64,000 bases of DNA from assembly GCA_002633005.1 (NCBI GenBank), contig NMRA01000068.1:384636-448635 (forward strand), given 5' to 3'. Of this stretch, positions 26,416-38,354 are shown piece after piece. The notes under the pieces are model-generated. The model did no database searches, was not told the origin of the DNA, and was given only the letters and a program-made list of their open reading frames with translations. Position 1 is the stretch's first letter. Each line of letters opens with the position of its first letter. This stretch comes from Phoronis australis. Lineage: Eukaryota; Animalia; Phoronida. The position numbers and the translations under genes are program-made.

Positions 26416-27649
26416 TTTGCCGTTTTTCAACCAATCTTAAGGATGTGTTCCGTCATCACTGGATCACTGTGCACAAGGAGACCAACAATTGTCCGTGTAA
26501 CCACTGTAAGCAGTCATATCCCAACATTGACCAACTGTTGGAGCACATACAGCAGAACCTCCTCAAGCTGGTCGAATGTCCCTACTGTCATGTGAAGAGC
26601 CCTGCTCGTTCCAAGCTGTTGGCTCACATCAGTGAGGCCCATCCAGGACAACCGCGGAAGATCAGCGTCTCTACTTCAGTCATGTGCAAGCACAAAGTGG
26701 GCGTGGACAGAGCCAGTACTGATGACCACAGTAGTCCCACGCAGTCACCCAGTCCGATTCATGGATCCCAGGTTTTGCCCAGCACTAGTATTCTTCCAAA
26801 GCCTCATGAGTTGACTGCTGCGACTTCAGGTGCTGACTATCTGGCTAGTCTGAAGGCAAAAAAGAGCAAGTTGAAGAATGAGTCCTACCAGTGTCTCTAC
26901 TGTTCCTACACAGTGGCTGAGTTCCAAGGCTTTGTCCAGCATGTACATAAGCATAGTATGAGGAATCCTGTGGTCAATTATTATTGCTGCCCACACTGTC
27001 CTTATATCACCACCAGGAAGTCTGCTCTTGTCCGTCATGTGCCCATGAAACACCGGGATGGCAAACAGAGGACGATCCTACGTCAGTTTCCGTTGGACGA
27101 CAAAGTCTATCCATGCTGGTATTGTCCAGACTACAAAGCACCATCCCCTGGTGTTCTACATCTGCACTATATCAACTGTATCAACCGCAGCCGTACAAAT
27201 ACTGACTACGAAATGTATCAAGACCTCCGACACGATGAGAAAACCTTATCGCAGTCACCACCAAAGAAAGTTCTTCCGTCTTCCTCGACTAACTCCTCTT
27301 CCACTTCGCACAGTAAACCGGTGGAACTCAATGTTCCTGTGTATGAGCCATCCAGCATCATGCGTTTCTTCTGCATGTTCTGCAAGCAGGGCTACTATAA
27401 GCTGGTTGGCCTGGAAAAACACATCCGCAACAACCACCTGACAGCATTTCGTCCTAAGTGTGAGTTCCAGCTCAGTGTCTGTCCCATGTGCCAGTTTCAA
27501 TCAACGGACCCGGCTATCGTCAATCAGCACTGCTCGCAGAAACATTGGAAGCACGGAGTGACCTTCACCATTGACAAACGTGTTCATCGGATACAAATCT
27601 CCAACCATTCTGGTTCATCATCTCTGTCATCGCCAGTCACCATTGACCG
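26416..27649 (+). CDS. Zinc-finger protein exon 6 (~8 fingers)
   Basis: Acceptor ttcatttcag|26416 (phase 1); ORF 26283-27653 with multiple CxxC..HxxxxH; donor CCG|gtaggt at 27650 (phase 2). Confidence 0.9.
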
Positions 27650-27843
27650 GTAGGTGTATTTATCAACATTGGATTGTTGGTCAATTCTGTGGTCATTGAT
27701 TGGTGATTCATGGTCATTTGCATCATGAAGATCCTGTGTGATGTGGCCAAGTTGAATTTAAATTGCTTTTTCCTCATGTGACTGACGGTATATTATGTGG
27801 GTGACTCAAATCATTTTAATTGCACGAACTTTAAAATTAGCGC

Positions 27844-29382
27844 GTAAGTAAACAAAGACATATTGATCCGACGTTTTGGTTTATTCACTATAAACCATTC
27901 TCAAGGCAAAAGTTCACAGTATTGAATCAGGCGACACAAGTGAAGAACAGACTGTATGTTAGGTTTACGTCAAAATGCATTGTGAGGGAAGAGACCAGAA
28001 ATCAAAACAGTCCGAGCTCAAATAAACCAGTGTTTCTATTGAGATAGCGCTCAGCATGGTTCAACCGTACATGCATAGCCTCCTTTATGAGGAACCTGAG
28101 AGTGGCATTATCCTTGTCGTAGATCTGAACACCAGAATAATCTATAGTGTGACCAGTTGTCAATGAATGGCTGAAAACAACACTGTGTGTCTTTTACAGT
28201 GTCCTTTGACTCTTGATGCTCAGAATCCTGTTGGTCATTCTAATGGGAAACTGTTCACATTCATTATAATTGTGTTCACATTCATTGTAATTGTGTTCAC
28301 ATTCATTATAATTGTGTTCACATTCATTATAATTGTGTTCACATTCATTATAATTGTGTTCACATTCATTATAATTGTGTTCACATTCATTATTATTGAG
28401 TTGGTACATAACATGACATCTTTGAGAATTACTCAATGGTGATTTTATTCTAGACAATGACAAAAGTTTACAGTTTTAAAGATTGTTACAAGTTGCAAAG
28501 CTGGAGCAATAGCATTCTCTTAACCTGCCTGTCGACCACACAACTACTGTTACCCAATTAAGGAAGATTAAGAAATACTTTCTTCAGTTCAGGCCAATGA
28601 CAAACATCCGCAGGTGTCTTAGATTGGTTGCGTAAAAAACTTGTCAGTGCAAGATTTTAGAAATGTTTTTGGGTATCCATTTTGAAACCAGAGATTGTTT
28701 AAAAACTCAAGTTCACGGTCATACAAGTCAGAATTGCTACATATCTTAAAGGCTCGATTAAACAGACCATTGACTAGACCAGTTTTGTGCTTTTTGGGAA
28801 CGAAACCATCCCACCTGAGGTATAGACCTGAGAAAGATACACTGATGTAGATAGTAAGTCATTCTGATGGTGAATTAAAAATATATCAAGAAAACTAATG
28901 CAACTGTCTGCTTCTGACTCCATGGTAAACTTAATACTGTTACATAAGGTTCATCCAATCAAGAAATAGCTTAGCCTGACTGTGATGACTTAAAGTTAGG
29001 AAAATGTCATCACCATAACGTTTGTAATACAATGGTAGATCAGTAGGACAGTTTTTAAATGCCAGCTCTTCTATATTAGCTAATGCGTGCCAAGTGGACT
29101 TCGCATAGCAACACCATCACATTGGTCAAAATATTCCTCATTGAATGTAAAATGATTTTCTTTAACAGCAATGTTGAGCAATTTCAGAAGTTGTGGTCTA
29201 ATTAAATTACTCACAGTGTTAGTATAACTTTTGTGGTACTGTCTACAGGAATATTGGTAAACAAAGTAACAATATCAAAGCTAACCATATACGAAGCCTT
29301 TTTCATAGCCTTAATGTCATTGACGTACTCAAATGGGTCTTTATACCGAGATGTCGGATCAAATATGTCTTTGTTTACTTAC
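27844..29382 (-). mobile_element. Penelope-like retroelement relic (RT plus GIY-YIG) with inverted terminal segment
   Basis: Minus-strand fragments PLYYKRYGDDIF, KFTMESEADSCISFLDI, FSGLYLRWDGFVPKKHKTGLVNGLFNRAFKIC, NGYP and TGHTIDY..FLIKEAMHV..LNRNTG; 27844-27879 is inverted at 29346-29382. Confidence 0.85.
28252..28398. repeat. Minisatellite, 21-bp unit x7 (TGTTCACATTCATTATAATTG)
   Basis: Seven contiguous near-perfect units read directly; no spacers. Confidence 0.95.
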
Positions 29383-29587
29383 ACACTTATTCATGCTCAT
29401 GTTTTGGCCAAAAACAAATGTGATCAAATTTAATTGCAATGTTATAAAATTTTTTGAGTGACGTCTGTTGCTATTGTAAAATGTCACAGCAAAGAGCATT
29501 AATATTAGTCGTGGCCTTGTTTTCTTCCAAACCTTACAAAACTGAGACTACACCAATAGTTAAATTTGCCATTTCTGTTCTCTCCAG

Positions 29588-32500
29588 GTATCACTGTGAC
29601 TTCTGTAACTTCAGCACGTCAGGAGCCACTGTCCTTGATGAGCACATGCGCTTACACGAGATTGAGAACTCGACAACTACTTCATCACCTGTTTCTGCCA
29701 GCCGGAGCAGCAATGAGAACAGCCAGGATGGATCGTCGCCCATAATGGTCCACGATGATAAGTTAGGAGAGGTTGTAAACCTGCCCTACCAAAGCATATT
29801 CAAAACAAACATGAACTGTCCACAGTGTCATAACTACCCCACACGTGTCCGGTCCAATCTGATTCGCCACCTGAAGACATGTCAGAAGTTGGACTCTACT
29901 GCATCAAAGTCATCGACTCTGTCATCCCATTTGTCACCACGATCTCCTTGTGTTTGGCCTCATACACAAGACACTAACCCTGTCAGTGTGACAGATTCTG
30001 GAAGATTGAAGGATAAGGCAAATGTATCTGGCGAAGTTACTCCACTTGATCTAAGCTTGAGCTCACCTCCAGCTATGGACCTGTCAGTGAAACATGTTAC
30101 AAAATCTGCTTCCTCAGTAGAACCTAAGTCCTTTAAATGTGGTTACTGTGCCTATAGTAGTGACCAGAAATATTACGTTCAGATACACTGTGGCTATGAA
30201 CACTCCGACCTTCCGGAAAAGATTGAATCCAGTCAGTCAGACAGTGAAGTTACAGCCACCAACCTCACTGTTGCCCCAGCGACATCAAGTGTGTCTCCAG
30301 CTCTCGATGACGACCCACCACTCACCCTGGAGTTGGCAGCTGTGACATCTCTAGCGGTAGATCCTGGGAACGACAACCAGGCTGTCTTGTCCAAGTCTCC
30401 TGTTGATGGTGACGAGAATAGCTTGCAATCCGAGCATACAGTAACCAGTGGGTTGTCGCAATCAGGTAGTCAAGTGAATGAACAAGACAAAATCAAAGAA
30501 GGTTTGCTAAAGTTAAAGGCTAAAGTTGCAACTGCCAAAGAACGCCATGGTGTTGATATGGCAGATCTTTTTCTCGTCAAATCTGAGCCAGTGGATGCTG
30601 ACCATGATGATGATGATGACCTTGCCATAGGGTCAGAAGCGAGTGACTTCCAAACTCCGGAGCCTGGCACATTGAAGTATAGGTACCAGTGTGCCCATTG
30701 CCAGTATGAATCAAAGTACTCAATGGAGATGGAGAAGCATATCCTGCGTGTGCATCTTGGCCAGCAGCCATACTTGTGCTCCCGGTGCAGCTTTGGCAGC
30801 TTCATCAAGAACAAGTTAAAACACCACTTCCGCTATAAGCATCGTGGTCAGCAGGTGTCTATGGTAGATGTGAGAGCGTCACGCGTAGTGGAGGTCAAGC
30901 GGGAGAATGGCATTGTTGTGATGAAGGCAAAGAACGAACAAAACATCCTCCAGCCAGCTCACCCGTATCACAAACACGTCGACGAAAGTGAGGAAAAAGA
31001 AAGTGGTTGTACATCTGCAGATCCTGTGGAAAGGACCCCTGAGACTCAGCGTACAAAGGCGAAAAAGAAAACCTACAAATGTCATCACTGTGGTCATAGC
31101 AGTCTCTACTGTATCAATGACATAAAAAAGCATGTGATTCGTAAACACCTAGGCCAACCTGTCTACCTGTGTCCTCGCTGTGAGTTTGGTGCTGACAAGC
31201 GCATCATATTGGTGAAGCATTTGGCAAAGGTTCACGCTGCTCACAACATGTCTGACAGTGAGATTGTTGACAACAAAGAGAAACTCATTACGCGCACAAT
31301 CGAAATGGAAGATGAAAACCTGTTCATTGTCAAGAGCAAAGAACATGTTACGGTTTTGGCCAGTGATCCACCATCCACAAGCCAAGTGGAATCATCAATT
31401 CCAGAATTGGTGACCAGACAGGAGTTTGCATGTGGTCACTGCAATTATCAGAGCAATGTTGGCACCAGTGACATCAGTCGTCACATCATTGAGCATCACT
31501 TGCCAGTTGCTATGTTTAGGTGCAAACTATGTTCGTTCCAGTGCGAGGAAGAACCAACAATTGTTGACCATGTGAATGAGGCTCACGAAGGAACACCAGA
31601 TGGCTATGAAGATACAAAATCCAGAATCATCACAAAACGTCATGTTCTTGGAGAAGTGGCCACGTATGTCACTAAAATTGAAGACAAGTCGGAAAAGCTT
31701 CACAGTCCAACAAAAAGGAAGGTTGTCTACTGCGCACATTGCAATTACAGCTCCCCCTACAGTGTTACGTTAAAACGACACATGATCTCTCGGCACTTTC
31801 CTGGAAAGCTGTTCAGGTGTAACCTGTGCGACTTTGAGGTCAACGATCGTAATCGCATAGAAAAGCACATGGTGAAGAGTCACCCTGACAACACGACAGA
31901 TTTCATGGATGGCAACCTTAGGCTTCTCATGGATGTGGTTATGAAGGGTGCCCAGCGTGTTACCCAGATGCGGGTTGCTGGTACCGACAATGACCCTCCT
32001 GTAGTAGACAAGTTGCCTCCTGCCAGTGCAAAGGCTAGTGTCCTGCCAGCAGCTGATTCCTCGGATGATGGTGGTTCTGGTCCTAAGTATGTCTGTGGCA
32101 TTTGTGGTAAGACGGAACGTCACAAGTTAGGTTTGCTTAAGCGGCACATTGTGACGTTCCACCTGAAGACGTCTCCATTTACTTGCGATGTGTGCTCATT
32201 TGCCAGTAATTCACAGGGTGTCATGTTGGATCACATGTCGAAACACCATCCCACAAAATTGACCGGCTTTTCTAGTAACCTTGACAAGATCAAGGTTGCG
32301 AAGGGACTAGAAGGTAGTCGACGTGTCTACACTGGCTACACAGACGAAGTTGATGTTAAGTTGTCAAAGTTTGTGCTGCCGAGTAAGGCGAAGATGTCGT
32401 TGACGCCTCTCGAAGACTCAGATGGAATAGACCCAGCAGCTCTGGCTGGAATGCCACGGTTGTATTCGTGTGGCCACTGTAACTACAAAAGTACTGCGTG

Positions 32501-35500
32501 CTTAACTGATGTAAAGCGACATGTGTGTAAGAATCACCTGAATGAGAGCACCTACTCATGTAAGTCCTGCATTTATAGTAGTAATAAGAAGCAGGACATT
32601 GTTTCGCATATCGTCAGAAAACACAGTGGCTGTGGTGAAGAGTTTGTTTATGTTCCTGCTGAGAAACTATGTAGTTCGAAAAAAGTTGTCAGTGGCAAGT
32701 TGGTCTACACTGTCAGCATGAAGAAAAGTTCCCCAGAAGATGACACTCAGGAGAATGACTCTGTGGGATCCAAGGCTGATTCTGGTATAAGCAGTGAGTG
32801 TTTTACACCACCACGCCAGTATAGGTCTGTGGAGAGGAAGACGTCTGGTGTGCCTGTGAGAAACCCCACAATGATTCACTGTGGCCATTGCGATTGGAGC
32901 AACAAGTACATTGGGGATGTAAAACGTCACGTAATCACACAGCACCTGAAAAAGCTGGAGTACATGTGTAATCTTTGTGAGACGTACACAGATGCCAAGT
33001 TTAAACTGGCCAATCACATTCGCTCTCAGCATCCCCACGTGCAGGACACCGCCAGCGAAATTGTGGACATGAAGCGCGAGTTGTCAACTACTACTAAAGG
33101 CAATTTTCCCATTTGTTACATCACAGAAAGGGAGTCTGAGATGAGAGAATTTCCAGAAGATGTTGCTGATGTTGTTTTCACCCCAAGTACTCTTTCCAAA
33201 GTAACTTCCAGCAGCCATGACGTAAGTGCGCCGGTAGTTAAAGAGACGTCATCAACAGTTTCCAGGTCATTCAGCTGTGGTCATTGTGACTATGTGAACA
33301 ACAGCAACGTTAGGGATGTTATGAAACATATACTGCGCAGTCACACTAACACAAGGAACATGTATGACTGTATGGAGTGTGATTTCGGCTGCCAAGTCAG
33401 AGACCACATGGTCACGCACTTCTCGAGTGTTCACCCCGGTCTTGACCCTGATCTCTTTTGTGATAATTCATCCAGGTGTGTAGAGTCAGTGGACACTCGT
33501 GAAGGTCAGGACATTGTTGTGGTCAGTCTACGCGATGGTGAAGTCTGCCTTCAGACGGATAATATAGACAGATTCAAGTGTGGCTACTGTTCTTATTCGT
33601 CTCGTTTCCCAAAAGACGTGGAAAGACATGTCTGCAAGCTACACACAAACTCACTCAGATGTTGCTACTGTAACTTCAAGGCCCGCTTAAAGGAGGTGAT
33701 GCGTCTCCACTGCATTAACAAGCATCCAGATTTGCCAGCAGACATGAAAACATACACAGCTCCAACGGTACGCATTCCTTCATCTACTGTAGATGGGCAC
33801 TATACAATAAAAACAGCCAAGAGTGCTGATGCTATTTCGTCATCAGTTCCCGAATCCACTATAACTGTTAGATCTACTAAGGCGTCAGTAGCGGCCTCTG
33901 AAGATGAAGGTACTGTCACTGCATATCATTGTGAAACGTGTGGTTACACACGTCAGTCGCGCAATGAGGTCAGAATTCATGTGTTCATGGTTCATCTGCA
34001 CTACAGACCGTACAAGTGTGCCCATTGTCCATACACTGCTATTCAAAACACGCGAATCACTCTGCACATACGCAATGTCCATCCGGGCAAGAATTACCGT
34101 TCTGTGCTAATGAGAAACAAAGCCCTGGAGGCCAAGGCAGAGAATTTCATCAAGCCTGTTGTTGTTCCACTGTCAAAGATCACTAACCTGAACCAGCGTT
34201 ACAACCTAGAACTCACAGACAACAAGGCATCCACATCTGGTATACACAAGTGCAAGTACTGTGACTATAAAACCCAACTGATTGGCTATCTAAGGAAGCA
34301 CATCAAGATTCACTTCACCTTCCGACCATTCAAATGCGGTTACTGTGATTATGGCGAGTTCAGTAAAGCGAAGATCTACAATCACATGAAGTGTCACCAC
34401 AAAGGTAAACCTCAAAAGGTACGGTCATTCCCCAAACCTCCTCAGTCTGAGCTGGTCTTGAAACATTTTGTGGCTCCAGTTTCGCCAGTTACACCAAAGT
34501 CTAAACCGTCTGTCACCATAAGCCCTCGTTCAAACCGTGAAATCCGCCGTCCAAGTCGTTACTTGTCTCCAGAACCTGGTGAGATGCTGAACGACAAGTA
34601 CAACTGCAGGATTTGCAGTGACTCATTCACTCGTGTCAACGACATTGAAAACCATGTGATGGTGCATTTGAATTACAAACCTTTCAGCTGTCTGTACTGT
34701 AGTTATGTTGCTATTACTGGCAACAAAGTAATGGACCACACAGAGGCAGAGCATCCTGATGAAAAGGTGACTTATCGTTATGAAAGAGACGATGCATTTG
34801 AGAAAAAAGTCATAGATAATATAGAGTACCCTAGCAAGAAAAGGAGGCTTGTGCCGGAGGAACTGCCTGTTGCAGAAATATCCACCAGAGCTACGAAGAG
34901 GCAAAAAAGAGAGGCAACTCCAGGTGAAGAGTCCAGCATGTACCAGTGTCCTTACTGTAGTTTAATGATGGATGGCATTGTGACAGTTAAACGTCATATG
35001 ATGAAGCATCATAATTACAAACCATTTGCATGCACCATATGTGACTTCAGCTATTACTTGACATCTGTCGTCAAAAGGCACCACCAAGAGAGACACAATA
35101 AATGTCCTGAGATACATGTGGTCATCGATCCTGACCTTGACTTCAAGTGTATGTCAGATGTGTACAACATTTGTGGGGGAAACCTTGGTAAGGGTAATCG
35201 TTTATTGTCTTATCAAGATCCTTGTGTGACAACTGATCTCAGCTGCTGCCCTGTCTACACACCAGATATGTTCTCCAAGAAGCTCATGCTGGAATCCCAT
35301 GATTCTTCAGCTTTTGCAATAAGAGCAAAAGAAAGAGAATATTTGTTGAAGGAGGAAGAAGTTGTGAAGAAAGAGGTAGGTGGTGAGAGAATGGCAAGTG
35401 ACAAGCAGCAGAAATTAGATGAAACGAGTAGTGGAGTTGTAGATGATGGGCAAGAAGATACAGACCAAGGAACTGGTTATTTGGAAAATGAGTCGACCAA

Positions 35501-36631
35501 GCAGCTAGAAGAACAAAATGAATTGGAAGAAATGGAAGGCATAAAGGCAGCACCTTTAGTGGAAACTCCAACTTCAACTGCTGCTATTTCTGGAGACACC
35601 CGTCTACACTGCCCCTTGTGTGACTTTGCGTGTCCACGCTCCAAAGCGATGAGGTACCATTTGATGAAGCACAAGAAATACCAGCCATTTGTCTGCCCTC
35701 ACTGTCCGTGTCGTAGTGCGTTTGACTTGATGTTGCGCAAACACATTGTGCAGCACCATCCACATGCCAGGTCGAAGAATTTTATTGTGCGCCGTGTGCA
35801 GTCTGTGGAAAACTGGCTGGAGCGAGAGCTGCAGAAGATGAAGGACCGGTCGATGGCTCTCATCGCTGGTGAGAAACAGCTTCAGCTGGACCCTGGCAGT
35901 GGGACGCCGTTGCTCAAGTGCTACTACTGTCAGTATATCACGCACAACCTGACAGCACTGAAACTACACTCATCCAAGAGTCATCCTGCCAAGAAGCTGC
36001 GAAAACTTGAGGTGACAAATCCGTTGGTGTCGGAACAGACATCTGATAGCCAACAGGATGCATTGAAGTCCCAATCAGTGAAGAAAAGTTCAATGCAGTG
36101 CAAGCTCTGTATATATAAGAGCAACAACTTCAAGAACTTGAAGATTCATTACACACGAGCGCATCCAGGTAAGCCATTCAAAATCATGGCCGCTTCACGC
36201 CAACATTCTGCCCCACTGAAACGGAAAGAAGTAGACAACACCAATGCTGAACCAGACGGTAATCAAGCTGCTAAAGTTCCACGGCTGGATGGCCCCTATC
36301 CTCCCGATGGAGCCAACAACCAAATTCCATGTGGGCGATGTACTTTCTTGGCACGTAACATGTTGAGTCTTAAGGTGCATACACGTCGGGTGCACGGTAA
36401 CGTTCAGTTTCTCATCGGCAAAACAGTCCGCCACCAGAAAAGAGCCTCCGTCACATCCTGTGTGAAAAAAGTAAAAGCGTTCATGCGTGGATCGAAGAGA
36501 ATGTACCGATGCACGCGGTGCAATTTCACCAAGGCTGAGTCGAGACCAGTCCTTCGTCACTACGGACGATGTCACGAGTACTACAACCAGACAGTCAAGT
36601 GTGGCTACTGTGGTCACACAGCTCATGAAAG
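29588..36631 (+). CDS. Zinc-finger protein exon 7, 7,044 bp (~36 fingers, PLDLS motif)
   Basis: ORF 29454-36635; acceptor gttctctccag|29588 (phase 2); donor AAG|gtgaat at 36632 (phase 2). Last finger is completed by exon 8: CGYCGHTAHES|YDITVHCKRMH. Confidence 0.95.
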
Positions 36632-37747
36632 GTGAATAAGTCTTCTGTCTTGCATCACTATAAAAAGCAACACGTTTCGAACTGAAATTATTCTTTAGTT
36701 CACTTTAACTCTATGCACTCCTTGCATAACTCGTCACTTCCTTCCAATCCGAATTACATACCCATACTTAGGTATAAGTTGTCACTTTGATAAGTGTTTT
36801 GTTTTTATCACAGATCCAAAGGTGAGGAGTTCAGTAAGGTATTCTGTACATTATATGTGATTACTGATTAAGGTATTCATACACTAATGTTATTTCCAAG
36901 TGCATGCTTCTGTATATTGTATATAAGAATTTCATTATGAAAATCTAACTGTTCTGATTCATGGAATTGGATTGCAACATTCAAATTTTTGTGAACTTAT
37001 TTGAATTTCAAATGAATAGAACGTGACATGATCGAGATTGACCTCAAACACGATCTATTTGAATCTTGGTCAATTCCTTTTGCTTCATTTAATGCTAACT
37101 ACAGCAGAAGGAAAGATTTCATTTTGAGTAATGCAAGATCCAACTAAAGGGTTGAAAGCATGAACAACCATAACGCGAACCTTTGTCTTGGTTGAACAAC
37201 TGTATGAATTGAATCCTCTCATGGGTGTTTCACTTTCTTTAAAGTACTCCAATCAGGGCCAAGTTTTCTCCTGAGACGAGTTACCCAAGTTTTGCTCACT
37301 ACTGTTGGGAACGCTCAGCCTTGGCTGGCATCAGCATTTCAGATTTTGAGCCCGATCCCTCAGCAGGTGACACTTAAAATGCGTCTCGGGTGTCCAATTT
37401 GGTTTTGGCTGTCCACTGTTAAATTTTAAATTTGCACTTTAACAGATGCGACTAAGTTGTTTTTGAATTTTTCTAAAGGAAATATGTTTCAGCAACTTTG
37501 AGTGAAAAAAAATTGTCCAACTATGAGAGGAGTTACCTTAATATGAACAGTGAAAGTCACAGAATTAGCACGTGTTCTGCTAATAAACTGCTATGTGGAG
37601 AAACTTGGCATCCCCATTGTTGACTTTGACTTAGACAACACCATGATCCAGGCATAAATTGCATTACTCAAAGCAGCTCTTTTGGCCTCGGGAGAAAACT
37701 TGGCTATAATGTCTGTAACATGGAGAAATGTACTTGCTGTGTTTCAG

Positions 37748-38354
37748 TTATGACATCACTGTTCATTGCAAGCGAATGCATCCAGGCAAGGTTGCCAAAG
37801 TGATTCGACTCAGTCAACCACTTCCACGTGGTGACAGGAAGAACGTAGCAACCGGAGATTCTTCCAAGAGGGATACTAGCCAAGAACCCATTGATGAAAA
37901 TGAACAACTGTCAAGTCGGGAGAGTAGTGAAGATAAGAGTATTCCTGACATAAAACAGGAAGTGTTTGATTCTGATGAGCAACCTCTTTCCCAGCCAACT
38001 TCCCCTCCGGCTTTCCTTAACTGCGACCGTTGTGATTTCTGTGCTGAGACTGAAGATGAGTTAACTCATCATATCCTGAGTCATACTGATCAGACGTTCA
38101 CGTGTGAGCTGTGCGAGTTCACATCGGAAGTTCGATTGGAGTATAATCGACACGTGAAAACGCATACGGATCACACGCCATTTCAGTGTGGCCATTGCAC
38201 TTTCACTGCCTTCTCACGACACTCCATTCAGCAACACTGTCGCAAGCGCCATCCTGACAGTCCTGTCATTGCTATGGAACTTCGGCATCCATTTACCAGT
38301 GTGGGTAAACCTCAACCCACCATGCAACCAAAGGTTAAGGTGTCTAAGTGCTAA
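37748..38354 (+). CDS. Zinc-finger protein last coding exon (3 tandem fingers, TAA stop)
   Basis: Acceptor tgtgtttcag|37748 (phase 2); fingers LNCDRC, FTCELC, FQCGHC; stop at 38352-38354. Confidence 0.9.

Noticed and set aside
28167-28463. Repetitive ORFs on both strands / CRISPR-like array
   Set aside because: Contiguous 21-bp minisatellite with no spacers; frames stay open only because the unit is a multiple of 3.
30139-36626. Antisense and alternate-frame ORFs inside exon 7
   Set aside because: Shadow ORFs of a long coding exon with no recognisable domains.
4208-38354. Assigning a symbol such as ZNF462, ZNF518 or REST
   Set aside because: Only general architectural resemblance; no diagnostic sequence recognised.
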